Translations under genes and position numbers: made by a program
The notes under the pieces: model-generated
Told to the model about the DNA's origin: nothing
What the model saw: only the letters and a program-made list of their open reading frames with translations
Database searches by the model: none
DNA from: Pseudomonadota bacterium
GTDB taxonomy: Bacteria > Bdellovibrionota_B > Oligoflexia > Silvanigrellales > Silvanigrellaceae
NCBI GenBank assembly: GCA_039799905.1
Contig: JBDLRP010000024.1
Coordinates: forward strand, 1-64,000
Direction of reading: 5' to 3'
Length of the DNA: 64,000 nt
Shown here: one piece after another, positions 27,879-37,857 of the stretch
Layout: the number at the start of each line of letters is the position of its first letter
Numbering within the stretch: position 1 is the stretch's first letter

Positions 27879-30368
27879 ATGCAGGCTGTTCAAGATAAAC
27901 TTCCAGAGCAACTCCCCCTGCTTCCTCTCAAAGACATCGTTGTTTTCCCGCAGATGATTCTTCCGGTGTTTATCGCCGAAGATGTTTGCATGAAAGCAGT
28001 GGAAGCATCGATGGCGAAGGACAAATTGATTCTCCTGTCGGCCTTTCAGGTGGACGGTGCCGTCAATCCCTCGCAAAATTCCGAGGTCACTCAAGACAGC
28101 CCCGAGCTCGCTGCCAATAGTCCTGTTCCATTTGACGTCTATGACGTCGGAACTGTGGCTATGGTCATGCGCACCCGTCGCTTGCCTGATGGCCGCGTGA
28201 AAGTGTTGATTCAAGGCTTGCGTAAAGCTCGCATCACGTCTTTGGCGCAGCAGGAACCCTTTCCGTTGGTCAACGTTTCGGCCATCGCCGACGCCGCACT
28301 GACGACTGCCAACAGTGCTGAAGCAGAAGCGCTCATGAGAACAACGCGCGAGCAGCTGGAAAAACTGGTCGCACTTGGACGAGCTCTGACACCAGACATT
28401 CTTGTGCTGCTTGAGGACGTCACAGAAGCCGGCCGACTTGCAGATCTCATTGCCAGCAACATGAACCTCCGCATTTGTGACGCGCAGTGGATTCTTGCCA
28501 CCAACGGTGGACTCGAGAGACTCCGCCGCGTGCATAAGCTTCTGGTTCGCGAGCTTGAAGTTTCGAGCGCTCAGGCGCGCATTCAGACAGCGGCGAAGGA
28601 AGAAGTCGGTCGTGCGAGCCGCGAGCACTATTTGCGCGAACAATTGCGCGCTATTCGCTCTGAATTGGGTGAAATGGACGGCAAGGACGACCTCGAAGAG
28701 CTGCGCGATCGTGTGCAGCGCTCACAGATGTCGGCCGAAGCTTTGACCGAGGCAGGCAAGCAGCTCAAGCGTCTTGAACGCATGAATCAAGATTCCAGCG
28801 AGGCTACCATCACACGCACCTACATCGAGTGGCTATGTGATTTGCCATGGGCAAAGCTCAGCGAAACGAAATTCGACATCGTGCGTTGCAAGGAAGTCCT
28901 TGCGGAAGATCACTTCGGCCTTGATAAAGTCAAAGACCGCATACTTGAATTTATTGCCGTGAAGAAATTGAATCCCGAGGCGAAGGGGCCGATTTTGTGT
29001 TTTGTCGGACCTCCTGGAGTTGGCAAGACAAGCCTGGGTCGTTCGATTGCCAAGGCACTTGGACGCAAGTTTGTTCGTCTGAGCTTGGGTGGCATGCGCG
29101 ACGAGGCGGAAATTCGCGGCCACAGACGCACCTACGTCGGCTCGCAGCCGGGCCGTCTCATTCAGGCGTTGAAAAATGTTCAGGTCCGAAATCCAGTCAT
29201 CATGCTCGATGAGCTCGATAAACTGGGCTCCGACTATAAAGGTGATCCTGCTTCAGCATTGCTTGAGGTGCTTGATCCGGAGCAGAACCACACGTTTTCG
29301 GACCATTATATCAATCTGCCGTTTGATTTGAGCCAGGTGATGTTCATTGCCAACGCAAACCGGTTGGACACCATTCCAGCACCGCTGCGCGACCGCCTCG
29401 AGATAATCGAAGTGAGCGGCTACAGTGAGGATGAAAAGCGCGAGATTGCCAAACAGTACATTATTCCGAAATCCATCGAGCAGACCGGCTTGACTGCCGA
29501 TTTGGTGCAGTTTCAGGATGCGGCGGTTGAGTTGATGATCAACAACTACACGCGTGAATCCGGACTGCGCAATCTGGAAAAACACATCGGTGCCATTACC
29601 AGAAAAATCGCCCGCAATGTGGCTGAGTCCGATGCTTCCGGAAAGTCGCGCAAGTCATGGAAGGTAACTCCAAAAATCGCACGCGATTTGCTCGGTGAGG
29701 AACGCTACATTTCCGAGGAGCATGATTGCAGCGCGCAGAGAATCGGAGTCGCTACGGGCCTCGCGTACACATCTGTGGGCGGAGAGATTCTTTACATCGA
29801 AGTGAATCTGTTGCCCGGCAAGGGCGGCATGACTCTCACCGGACAGCTGGGTGACGTCATGAAGGAGTCAGCGCATGCAGCGTTGAGTCATATCAAAAGC
29901 CGTTCGCAACAGCTGGGCATCGATTCAAAAGTGTTCTCGGAAACTGATATTCACCTGCATTTCCCGGCAGGAGCCATCCCCAAGGATGGACCAAGTGCCG
30001 GTGTGACGATCGCCTGCGCACTTCTGTCAGCTTTCCTTGGTCGTCCTGTGCGGCAGGATGTTGCCATGACGGGCGAAGTGACTTTGCACGGACGAGTTCT
30101 TCCGATTGGCGGATTGCGTGAAAAGATTCTTGCCGCATTGCGGGTTGGAATCAAAACGGTCTGTGTTCCTGAGAAGAACAAGGCGGCTGTGGCTGAATTG
30201 CCGTCAGCTCTGCGCAAGCGGGTTGAAATTCGCTATGTGGCTCAAATCGATGACCTGTGGAATGAAACACTGGTCGGTGGTTTCAAGGCGATCACGACAA
30301 TCAATGGAGCCGAAGGAGCTGCAAGCTCATCGCATGTGCGGCTGCTTGCCGATACGGTGCAGAACTAA
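27879..30368 (+). CDS. lon: Lon protease
   Basis: LPLLPLKD, GPPGVGKTS, IRGHRRTYVG, PKDGPSAG; AAGGAG RBS. Confidence 0.97.
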   Translation: MQAVQDKLPEQLPLLPLKDIVVFPQMILPVFIAEDVCMKAVEASMAKDKLILLSAFQVDGAVNPSQNSEVTQDSPELAANSPVPFDVYDVGTVAMVMRTRRLPDGRVKVLIQGLRKARITSLAQQEPFPLVNVSAIADAALTTANSAEAEALMRTTREQLEKLVALGRALTPDILVLLEDVTEAGRLADLIASNMNLRICDAQWILATNGGLERLRRVHKLLVRELEVSSAQARIQTAAKEEVGRASREHYLREQLRAIRSELGEMDGKDDLEELRDRVQRSQMSAEALTEAGKQLKRLERMNQDSSEATITRTYIEWLCDLPWAKLSETKFDIVRCKEVLAEDHFGLDKVKDRILEFIAVKKLNPEAKGPILCFVGPPGVGKTSLGRSIAKALGRKFVRLSLGGMRDEAEIRGHRRTYVGSQPGRLIQALKNVQVRNPVIMLDELDKLGSDYKGDPASALLEVLDPEQNHTFSDHYINLPFDLSQVMFIANANRLDTIPAPLRDRLEIIEVSGYSEDEKREIAKQYIIPKSIEQTGLTADLVQFQDAAVELMINNYTRESGLRNLEKHIGAITRKIARNVAESDASGKSRKSWKVTPKIARDLLGEERYISEEHDCSAQRIGVATGLAYTSVGGEILYIEVNLLPGKGGMTLTGQLGDVMKESAHAALSHIKSRSQQLGIDSKVFSETDIHLHFPAGAIPKDGPSAGVTIACALLSAFLGRPVRQDVAMTGEVTLHGRVLPIGGLREKILAALRVGIKTVCVPEKNKAAVAELPSALRKRVEIRYVAQIDDLWNETLVGGFKAITTINGAEGAASSSHVRLLADTVQN

Positions 30369-30375
30369 GGCCAAC

Positions 30376-31164
30376 ATGAATTTAACTCGCATGCTCCTTA
30401 AAATAATGACTTCGGTTCTGGTTGTACCTGCTTGCTCGTTGCTGATCGCGCAGCCTGCGGGCGCCGCCCAAAATACAATATCAGGCGGCAAGAAAGGAAA
30501 CAGCAAACGTAAGAAGAGCGTTGACAATGAGGAGTTTCAAGCATCCGTTCAAAACATCAAGCCTGACAATTCGGCTACAGCGCGTGAAAATAAAATTTTT
30601 GGCGTCGAGGCTTTGTTGACTCCGGTCTCTGATTTTTTCCTCAGTCTGGGTGCCGGTGGTTATTGGTCTCAGAGTCCGGATTTGCATCTCGGGGGCTTTT
30701 TGCTTTCGGGTGCGCGGGATCTGAAGAGCCAGTTTCCCAGTTCGGGAGGCCTGACTGTGGAAACCGCAAAGGTCAGCGCCGCGATGTTTGGAGTTTCTGC
30801 GAGATATTTTCTCGGAAATAGTTTTTCCGCAAAAACCGGATTCGCTATTCGCACAGCGAATCTATCTCTTGCAGTCCAGGATTCATCCGGAAACAGAGCT
30901 GACCTGAGCCAATCCATATTTTCATCAGTTCTTCCGATTGCTATCGGGAACCACTGGTTCTGGAGAAGCGGTCTGAGCGTTGGAGTAGACTGGCTGATGG
31001 TTTCGGTGCCGCTTTCGACTGCATCGACGTTGAAATTATCCAGCAATTCAGTGGGTCAGACATCGTTGGACGAGGCGGCGGTAAAGTTTCAGTCTGCCGG
31101 AGACAAAACTGCTAAATCAGTGTCTTTGACTCTCGGTTTGCTGTCTGTCGGTTACATTTTTTGA
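30376..31164 (+). CDS. Hypothetical outer-membrane beta-barrel protein
   Basis: Signal peptide, amphipathic strands (IGNHWFW..GVDW), C-terminal VGYIF. Confidence 0.7.
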   Translation: MNLTRMLLKIMTSVLVVPACSLLIAQPAGAAQNTISGGKKGNSKRKKSVDNEEFQASVQNIKPDNSATARENKIFGVEALLTPVSDFFLSLGAGGYWSQSPDLHLGGFLLSGARDLKSQFPSSGGLTVETAKVSAAMFGVSARYFLGNSFSAKTGFAIRTANLSLAVQDSSGNRADLSQSIFSSVLPIAIGNHWFWRSGLSVGVDWLMVSVPLSTASTLKLSSNSVGQTSLDEAAVKFQSAGDKTAKSVSLTLGLLSVGYIF

Positions 31165-31179
31165 GAATTCACGGTTCAA

Positions 31180-32160
31180 CTAGAACAGCCTCTCACAACG
31201 TGCTTTGAGAGCCCGCGAGCGCTTGAGCACTTCTCTGTAGCGTTCGGCGATGGCCGATGGCTGAGCGTCTGAAAAAATGAAGGAATGCTGCCCTTGGCTC
31301 GACGATGCGAAAGTGTCGAAAAGCCCTTCCTTTTGGCACCCCAAAAGATCGGCAAATGCACGCAGGTTTTCGCCGTCGCCGCGCGCCGACTCCATCCGCA
31401 GTGAGTGCAGGTTGGTGTCGATGAAGATTTCCTGTTCTGCCTGCATTTGTTCTTCGTCGACGTCCACGCAATTGGACGTACCCGTGGTGATGACAATCGA
31501 CTGCGGAATGATCAGGTCATTGACGATTGAGGCAAGCCATTGCTCAGAGCGCACGTTGTTCTTGAAGATCATCGAACCCAAGCCGCAACCGGCCATGCCA
31601 TAGGAGGGCTGGACGTAGCGTTCCGACATTCTGCCTGCAGGAGTCACAGGCGGTTGCGAGGGCACTCCCTGCGGGAGTTGCGGAGCCGTTTGTGGCGTCA
31701 CCTGCAAGGGTTGTTGGATTGAATTGTCAGAAGGAAGTTGCGGTTGGCTGGAGGGTGCAGCTCCCTGCGACGGCACCTGAATCGGCGGTTCAAATGACAT
31801 CTGAGTCGGGACTTGCACGGGAACCGGCGGCGGAACAACGACAGGCTGTTCTGTGACGGGTGTTCCCTGTTGTGGTTGTACCTGAGAAGGGATTTGCACC
31901 GGAGCCCCCTGCATTGGTTGCGCCTGAGAAGGGATTTGCACCGGAGCCCCCTGCATTGGTTGCGCTTGCGAAGGGATTTGCACTGGAGCATTTTGTTGCT
32001 GCGGCACTTGGTTTTGTTGTTCGGTTTTAGGAATTGGCCTGCCGAGGCCGCCCATCGAACGACTCGTGCGTGCCTGTGCCCATGCGGCGGACTCACCGGC
32101 ACACAACAGGGCAAAAACCGAAACCGACGTCATTTTGATTTTATTCATGTCAGACCTCAT
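31180..32160 (-). CDS. DUF3015-like exported protein with Pro/Gln-rich repeat linker
   Basis: YGMAGCGLGS, ITTGTSNC, ESARGDGENL..LLGC. Confidence 0.75.
   Translation of the reverse strand: MRSDMNKIKMTSVSVFALLCAGESAAWAQARTSRSMGGLGRPIPKTEQQNQVPQQQNAPVQIPSQAQPMQGAPVQIPSQAQPMQGAPVQIPSQVQPQQGTPVTEQPVVVPPPVPVQVPTQMSFEPPIQVPSQGAAPSSQPQLPSDNSIQQPLQVTPQTAPQLPQGVPSQPPVTPAGRMSERYVQPSYGMAGCGLGSMIFKNNVRSEQWLASIVNDLIIPQSIVITTGTSNCVDVDEEQMQAEQEIFIDTNLHSLRMESARGDGENLRAFADLLGCQKEGLFDTFASSSQGQHSFIFSDAQPSAIAERYREVLKRSRALKARCERLF
31881..31989. repeat. 42-bp tandem repeat (about 2.6 copies; APVQIPSQAQPMQG)
   Basis: Unit cctgagaagggatttgcaccggagccccctgcattggttgcg at 31881 and 31923, with a diverged partial copy at 31965. 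Confidence 0.9.
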
Positions 32161-32729
32161 CGGGCACCTGCACGGCCGGTTGGCAGTGCGGCATATTTAC
32201 ATGAGGATTGCAGTTGTTGGTCGGCGGAAATCTTTTCTTTCAAAGATTGCAGCGCTGCCATGGCTCCGGGCTGTGAAAAAATACTGCTGTAGTTCTGCTG
32301 CGCGAGGCGTGCGAAGCGTTGTTGTTCTGAGTCTTCGCAACCGAGAGTCTTGGCCAGACCTGCGATTGTATCGCCTCGTCCCTGCGCGGCATCGCGCGCG
32401 ATGTCGCGGTAGTTGTTGGCGATAAAATGTTCCTGCTCGAGCATGACCTGACGCGAGTTTTCGGACTGACAGTTGGAGGTTCCGCTCGAGATCATGAACA
32501 CCTGATTCCACGCGAAGCCGTTGATGAACGAAGTGATAAAATGCGGGCCATTGGGGAGCAGGATGGAACCCAAGCCGCAACCTGCCATACCATAGCGGCG
32601 TGTTGGCGTGGGCGGATTGACGACTGACCAGCCGCCGGTGTCGGGTCCCTGCTGTGCATGTGCCTGCGGAATCGCCAAAGCAATTCCCAGCACGCAGAGT
32701 AAAAGAGTTCGGCTCAATGGGGAACGCAT
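32157..32729 (-). CDS. DUF3015-like exported protein
   Basis: Signal peptide, YGMAGCGLGS, ISSGTSNC, DAAQGRGDTI..TLGC; AGGAGAG RBS; 4-bp overlap with its paralogue. Confidence 0.75.
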   Translation of the reverse strand: MRSPLSRTLLLCVLGIALAIPQAHAQQGPDTGGWSVVNPPTPTRRYGMAGCGLGSILLPNGPHFITSFINGFAWNQVFMISSGTSNCQSENSRQVMLEQEHFIANNYRDIARDAAQGRGDTIAGLAKTLGCEDSEQQRFARLAQQNYSSIFSQPGAMAALQSLKEKISADQQLQSSCKYAALPTGRAGAR

Positions 32730-32931
32730 GACGCTCTCTCCTTTTTTGAACACCTTGATCTTAACATCTGCCACTGAAATCACGTAGTCAGGACCCCCGG
32801 AGGTGTCAGGCGCCCGCCGTAGTCTGAAAATTTTCCTGAAAACTACTACGATACCTGAGTGTCGGCGTCTTATTGAATTCGTTGTGAGGCCGTTCCGACC
32901 TCTTGTTGAACTCTCAAATTTTGGATGAGAA

Positions 32932-33657
32932 ATGTTTTGTCCGGATTCCACTCCTGCTGCCGAGTGTGCCTCTTATCGTCCAGGCGATTGGCGACAAGAT
33001 ATGTACACTATTCCGCTCGAAGCGTTGTCTGTTGCAGTCGTGAGCTCGATAAAGCCACCTGCGGAGCCGCGCTGGCCATTTTCAGGTGAAAAAACCGATA
33101 AGGAACGCCAACCGACACGTCATCCGGGCTTGTTTGCCGCAGGACTTGGCTTGGGAGTTTCGCTGCCGCTCACGGCCGCACTTGTTGCCGATGATCCAGA
33201 CTTTCCGGTTTTGACTCACGTGCGTGGATTGATACACACACATCTTTGGACTGAATTCGCGACTTCTTCGGCAAAGAATTACTTTGGGCGGCAGAGGCCG
33301 TTTTACGACACTGAACTGCGCAACGGCAGAGCTGGTATCGACGATCGTCGCTCGTTTTTCAGCGGTCATTCAGCCCATTCATTTGCATTCACCGGTTATC
33401 TTACGCAGCTTGCGCTCAATGAACTGAAAGACAGTGCGCAGGCATGGTTCTTTGTAACACTCCTCAATGGTGTTGCCGTGTGGGTCGGCGCCTCACGGGC
33501 AGTCGATCATCAGCACAACTGGAGCGACGTGCTCACGGGCGCCGTTGTTGGAGGCGGGACTGGTTACTTGATATATCATCAGGTCGCACGGAGCAGCGGT
33601 CTCTCAGTTCAGTTTTCTCCAGACGGAAAAAAAGTCACCCTCAGTGCGGCGCTTTGA
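32932..33657 (+). CDS. PAP2 family membrane phosphatase
   Basis: KNYFGRQRP, SFFSGHS, SRAVDHQHNWSDV. Start uncertain (32932 or 33001). Confidence 0.85.
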   Translation: MFCPDSTPAAECASYRPGDWRQDMYTIPLEALSVAVVSSIKPPAEPRWPFSGEKTDKERQPTRHPGLFAAGLGLGVSLPLTAALVADDPDFPVLTHVRGLIHTHLWTEFATSSAKNYFGRQRPFYDTELRNGRAGIDDRRSFFSGHSAHSFAFTGYLTQLALNELKDSAQAWFFVTLLNGVAVWVGASRAVDHQHNWSDVLTGAVVGGGTGYLIYHQVARSSGLSVQFSPDGKKVTLSAAL

Positions 33658-33660
33658 TGG

Positions 33661-35091
33661 TTAGAGCGCATTCGCCTCGAGCCAAGGCGTGAACTGCCGC
33701 AAATCGACAAACAAACTGTCGCCGCTCATGCAATTAAAATTACTTGGTCCATAGGATGTGGCACCCACAAGGTAGTAAAACCCGCCGCGTGCTACGTACG
33801 CAGGTCCGCCAGAGTCACCATTGCACGTCGATTGAGTCGCTCCCGAGATTGTTCGGAACAGTCGGCTAACGATGTTTTCTGTGTCAAACAGCGAGAATGA
33901 CGATTTCAGGGTACCGCTTTGTCGTCTCTCGTCGCGGCCGTAACCGGCAATATAGACTTTTTCGTCTTTCTTGAGACTTTCGCTTGCCGGCAAGAGAGCG
34001 ATAGGCCGATAGGGCTTTGGCAGTGTGCCGGAAAATTTCACGATGGCGATGTCGTTGTGCGGATTCGGCGTGAAGCCGCGCCCGTTTTCCGGAAACTTTT
34101 GAGTGGGATCATATTGTTCGTGCATTTTCATCGAAACAACTTTCAAACGGTTCTCACCGGATCCTCCCATTCCGACATACAACGACGGAAGCTTGCTTGG
34201 TGTATCTCCTTCCACACAGTGCGCTGCAGTAACAAAATGATTTGGCGTAATAAGCGTACCAGTGCAAAACGGTCGGTCATCAATCATAAACGCGACCGTC
34301 GACAGAGCGAGCATGCTCGAGGAAACATCGATGGCGGATCCACCGGTGATTCCAAGGCCCGTACTGATCTTATTGTAGAAAACTCCATCCAATGTGAAAG
34401 TGTTCGGCGTTACCTGCATGGTCAGGTTTAGAGGTTGCTCAATGAGCGGCATCGATACGCCGTCACAGATGCGTCCTGCGATGTCCAGAGGCTTGTTTGC
34501 CTGCCACGTCCTGATTCCACAAAAGCCGTTTGAGTTGTCTATACTGGCCTGTTCGAAGGTCAGCGGAGTCGCAGAGACGGCGGCAACCAAAGACTGGCTG
34601 TTGATTGTGCCGCCGGTCTGAGACACGCGCGATGAGAGTATGGCAACGGCCGTTTCAGCGAATGGAGAAACACAATTTGTCGATGAGTAAATCCGATTTG
34701 CCCGAACGATCACGTCGCCGTCAACAACCAGAAATCTTTTGACCTGCCCTTCGCAGGCCGACTCATAAAAGCCGCGCGCCGCCATCAAAGTTGAAATCGC
34801 AGCACCGCTTCGTTCGTCCGGTCTGGCAAAGTTGCCGTTGTCGAAGGGCAGCGGCTGTCCGTTCAGGCGCGAGTTTTTATTCAAGGGGAAGGGATAGTTT
34901 TTTCCACCGTCCGGCAATTGCAGAATTCCGCCGTTGGCATTCGCTTTGATGTCCGTTCCTCTGTTTGGAGCTCCCCCGTTCAGCTGGCGGCGATCGCCCG
35001 CTCGAACGGTGGGTTGAGTGTTTGCACAGCCACTTTGAATACTCTGCAAGACAAGCATAAAGGCGAAAGTACTCAAAAATTTCGAAAACAT
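33661..35091 (-). CDS. S1 trypsin-like serine protease, probable lipoprotein
   Basis: CTGTLI, TAAHC, NDIAIV, CNGDSGGP; N-terminal QSG-C. Confidence 0.9.
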   Translation of the reverse strand: MFSKFLSTFAFMLVLQSIQSGCANTQPTVRAGDRRQLNGGAPNRGTDIKANANGGILQLPDGGKNYPFPLNKNSRLNGQPLPFDNGNFARPDERSGAAISTLMAARGFYESACEGQVKRFLVVDGDVIVRANRIYSSTNCVSPFAETAVAILSSRVSQTGGTINSQSLVAAVSATPLTFEQASIDNSNGFCGIRTWQANKPLDIAGRICDGVSMPLIEQPLNLTMQVTPNTFTLDGVFYNKISTGLGITGGSAIDVSSSMLALSTVAFMIDDRPFCTGTLITPNHFVTAAHCVEGDTPSKLPSLYVGMGGSGENRLKVVSMKMHEQYDPTQKFPENGRGFTPNPHNDIAIVKFSGTLPKPYRPIALLPASESLKKDEKVYIAGYGRDERRQSGTLKSSFSLFDTENIVSRLFRTISGATQSTCNGDSGGPAYVARGGFYYLVGATSYGPSNFNCMSGDSLFVDLRQFTPWLEANAL

Positions 35092-35198
35092 CCCTCTCCC
35101 CCAAGCTCGATTGGGGGTTTTTCGGCTATTTCCGAAAATTGCTTAAATTGCTTTGAAATGCGTAATAAGGTGCGCAAGTTAATGGATAATAATAAATT

Positions 35199-36947
35199 TC
35201 AGCGCAGCGTCTGCTGCGGCGCCTCGTGCAGCTTCAACATAATAAAGTGGCGGGTCGCTTTTTCCCAGAGGGTCTTAGCCTCAGGGCGGCTCTGCCAGTT
35301 TGCTTGCATTTGCGCAAAGTTGCGTGGCCATCGGTGCCAGAGTTTAACCTCGGCACGGCTCTTGAAATCATCGCCGAGATTTTCGCCGTCGAGCCAGCGG
35401 CCGAAAGATTGAAAGTCATCATTTGAGGTAAAGACGAGGATGTCACCCTTGAGCGCGGCCTCATGGAGCTGCTGCGGACTCACCGAAAAATCGGAAGGGC
35501 GGCCGAGCATATATGCCATATAGCCCCACTCGTTGTAGTTCTCGCGCTTGATGTTGTCATAATTCAATTTCGCTGTGCCCGATTCATTGAGGAAGTTGTG
35601 CGCGTCCTGAAGTTCGGCTTCACCCAGCGTTGAGGTCAGAATCAGAGTTGCTGACCAAAACGATAGAACTCCCATAAACAGCGCGCCGGCCTGCGGAATA
35701 CGGTTGTGAAGTTTGACTTCGCGAAAGAAGGCGACCGCGCAAACAAACAGGAATAAAGTTACCACCGTGTGCCAAGCGCTCCACCACGGGGTTGAGTTGT
35801 GAAAAGCGAAATGAGCCGTCAGCACCGCGATAATCATAACAAACGGCCAGGGAGTGAGGGCACGGGCGATAGTCTTCAGCGGCGCATCCTGCTGGACTAG
35901 AGTTCCGCTGATGAGCAGCAGCGTCGCAGGAAGCATCGGCAAGCCATACCACGGCGCCAGATAACCGAGCCCGAAGAAAAATAAAAAGGTCGGCAGGATG
36001 AAACACAGCGCCGCCTTCTGCAGATCATCCCACTGTAAAGTTTTGCTTTTGAATGAATTGTAGAAGTGCCTGAGCGCATAAATTGCAAGCAAGCTCCAAG
36101 GCAAAAAATGCAGAAAGAAATTGTTGAGCAGGAATCCGGAGGCCGGATCTTTGAAGCGCGGACGATCGACCTGTTCTCTCATGATGTAGGTCGCCATCCA
36201 CTGCTCGTGGTCGAGGAAGTAGGGAATCAGATAACCTGCGCCCGCTGTGAGTATTCCAAAGACGAGAAACGACATGCGCGGAAGCGAGGAAAACAGCTGA
36301 CGGAACAAAGCTCGGTGAAGAGAAAAATACGCCAGTACCGAAACACCCAGCAGGCAACTATGCAACGGTGATTTGAGTGTGCCGGCAAGTCCGACTGCAA
36401 TCCAAAGTAACAAATAGAGGACGTTTGTATTTCTGTTGCGGGCCAAAACGGCCAGCGACATGACGATGGCGTAAAGGCTTGTCAGTTCACTGTCCATTTG
36501 GCTTGAGAAACTGAACAGAACAAACGAGCCTGAACTGGCAAAGGCCCATGCGGGAAGGGCAATCAATGGGTGGTCTTTGGGAAAAAGATGTTCACAGGCC
36601 GAGCGCAAAGCGACGACAGCCACAGCTGCCAGAATAAGGTTCATATAAACGGTGCTCAGCATAGAAAAGCCAAACGCGTGGTGACCAAGAATCAGCAGTA
36701 TGTAGTGCAGCGGCCCTTTGATGTAGTTGACGTCACCAAACTGCAGCTGGCGGAACCAGTATCCTGATTGCAGCATTTCGAGAGCTTGTCCGACGTAGAC
36801 TTTTTCGTCGCCGTGGATGCGGATATGCCTAAAAATCGAAAAGGGAAGCATTAGCAAAAGATAAAGAACACCATGCCGCCAGTGTCCGAGTGTGTCCTTG
36901 CCGGCATTCATCAAACGCGACGAGAAGTCGTTGATCCATCCATTCAT
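35199..36947 (-). CDS. ArnT/PMT-like (GT-C) membrane glycosyltransferase
   Basis: DEKVY..ALEMLQSGYW, YIKGPLHY, QMDS, GLAGTLKSP; many TM helices. Confidence 0.75.
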   Translation of the reverse strand: MNGWINDFSSRLMNAGKDTLGHWRHGVLYLLLMLPFSIFRHIRIHGDEKVYVGQALEMLQSGYWFRQLQFGDVNYIKGPLHYILLILGHHAFGFSMLSTVYMNLILAAVAVVALRSACEHLFPKDHPLIALPAWAFASSGSFVLFSFSSQMDSELTSLYAIVMSLAVLARNRNTNVLYLLLWIAVGLAGTLKSPLHSCLLGVSVLAYFSLHRALFRQLFSSLPRMSFLVFGILTAGAGYLIPYFLDHEQWMATYIMREQVDRPRFKDPASGFLLNNFFLHFLPWSLLAIYALRHFYNSFKSKTLQWDDLQKAALCFILPTFLFFFGLGYLAPWYGLPMLPATLLLISGTLVQQDAPLKTIARALTPWPFVMIIAVLTAHFAFHNSTPWWSAWHTVVTLFLFVCAVAFFREVKLHNRIPQAGALFMGVLSFWSATLILTSTLGEAELQDAHNFLNESGTAKLNYDNIKRENYNEWGYMAYMLGRPSDFSVSPQQLHEAALKGDILVFTSNDDFQSFGRWLDGENLGDDFKSRAEVKLWHRWPRNFAQMQANWQSRPEAKTLWEKATRHFIMLKLHEAPQQTLR

Positions 36948-36948
36948 G

Positions 36949-37857
36949 TCAAGTGAACTCCACTTTCGAAAAACCTGTTGCCCTCAGCCAATCTGCCTGT
37001 TGGTAAAAGACACGCTCGAGTGACAGCGCATGCGCAGGTGCGCATTGCCCGACACGAGTTCTGTCCTTGTGCGTGAACGCGGCCGTCAGTGCGTCGGCCG
37101 ATAATTTTTGCGTTGCTATTTCGACACCAGTGCCGACGAGGTTGCGGATCATGTTTTTGAGAAATCCCTCTCCCCAAAAATCCAGAAAAACAGCCTCGGG
37201 GTAAAGTTGGTCTTGTCCGACCTCAACTTTATGAATGCGCCGGACGGTTGATTTTGCCGTGCAGTCGGATGCGCGGAAGGCCGAGAAATCAAACTCGCCA
37301 ACGCACTGCTGCAGCGTTCTTCGCAGTGTCTCAATACTGAAATCACGGCTGCGGACTGCCCACGCAGCGGGTGTCAGCTGGGCATGATGGCCGCGGCCGT
37401 ACCAAAGCCTGTAACGGTAGTGTTTGCCAAGCGTGTCGAAGCGTGCGTTGAAATCTGGGCCTGCATCGAAGCACCTGTAAACAGATACATTCGCCTGCAT
37501 GCCCGAGCGCAATATGCCATTGAGCGAGCGGGTGATATCTTCATTGCTGCGATTTGTTCGGCTAAACACATTCAAAAAAAACTGTTGTGCGTGGACACCG
37601 GCGTCGAGGCGTGAGCAGCCATAGAGTGTCGGTGTTTCCTGTGTGAGTGTCTGCCATGCCCTGCTGAGTGTGTCTTGCACGGTGTTTCCATGAGGCTGGC
37701 TCTGATAGCCCATGAAACCATCGCCGCGATAAGAGATTTCAAGACAAATGTTGCGCACTCCCTCGCGAGCGCGAAAGCGCACGCCGCGTGCAGCTTCGAA
37801 TCGTTCAATCAAGGGACTTTCGTGCTCGGAGGCGTTCAAGTTTTTCTCAGAATTCAT
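36949..37857 (-). CDS. truA: tRNA pseudouridine(38-40) synthase
   Basis: [45 protein letters not shown]. Confidence 0.93.
   Translation of the reverse strand: MNSEKNLNASEHESPLIERFEAARGVRFRAREGVRNICLEISYRGDGFMGYQSQPHGNTVQDTLSRAWQTLTQETPTLYGCSRLDAGVHAQQFFLNVFSRTNRSNEDITRSLNGILRSGMQANVSVYRCFDAGPDFNARFDTLGKHYRYRLWYGRGHHAQLTPAAWAVRSRDFSIETLRRTLQQCVGEFDFSAFRASDCTAKSTVRRIHKVEVGQDQLYPEAVFLDFWGEGFLKNMIRNLVGTGVEIATQKLSADALTAAFTHKDRTRVGQCAPAHALSLERVFYQQADWLRATGFSKVEFT

Noticed and set aside
31881..31989. CRISPR array
   Set aside because: Head-to-tail in-frame coding repeats with no spacers, and no cas genes in the window.
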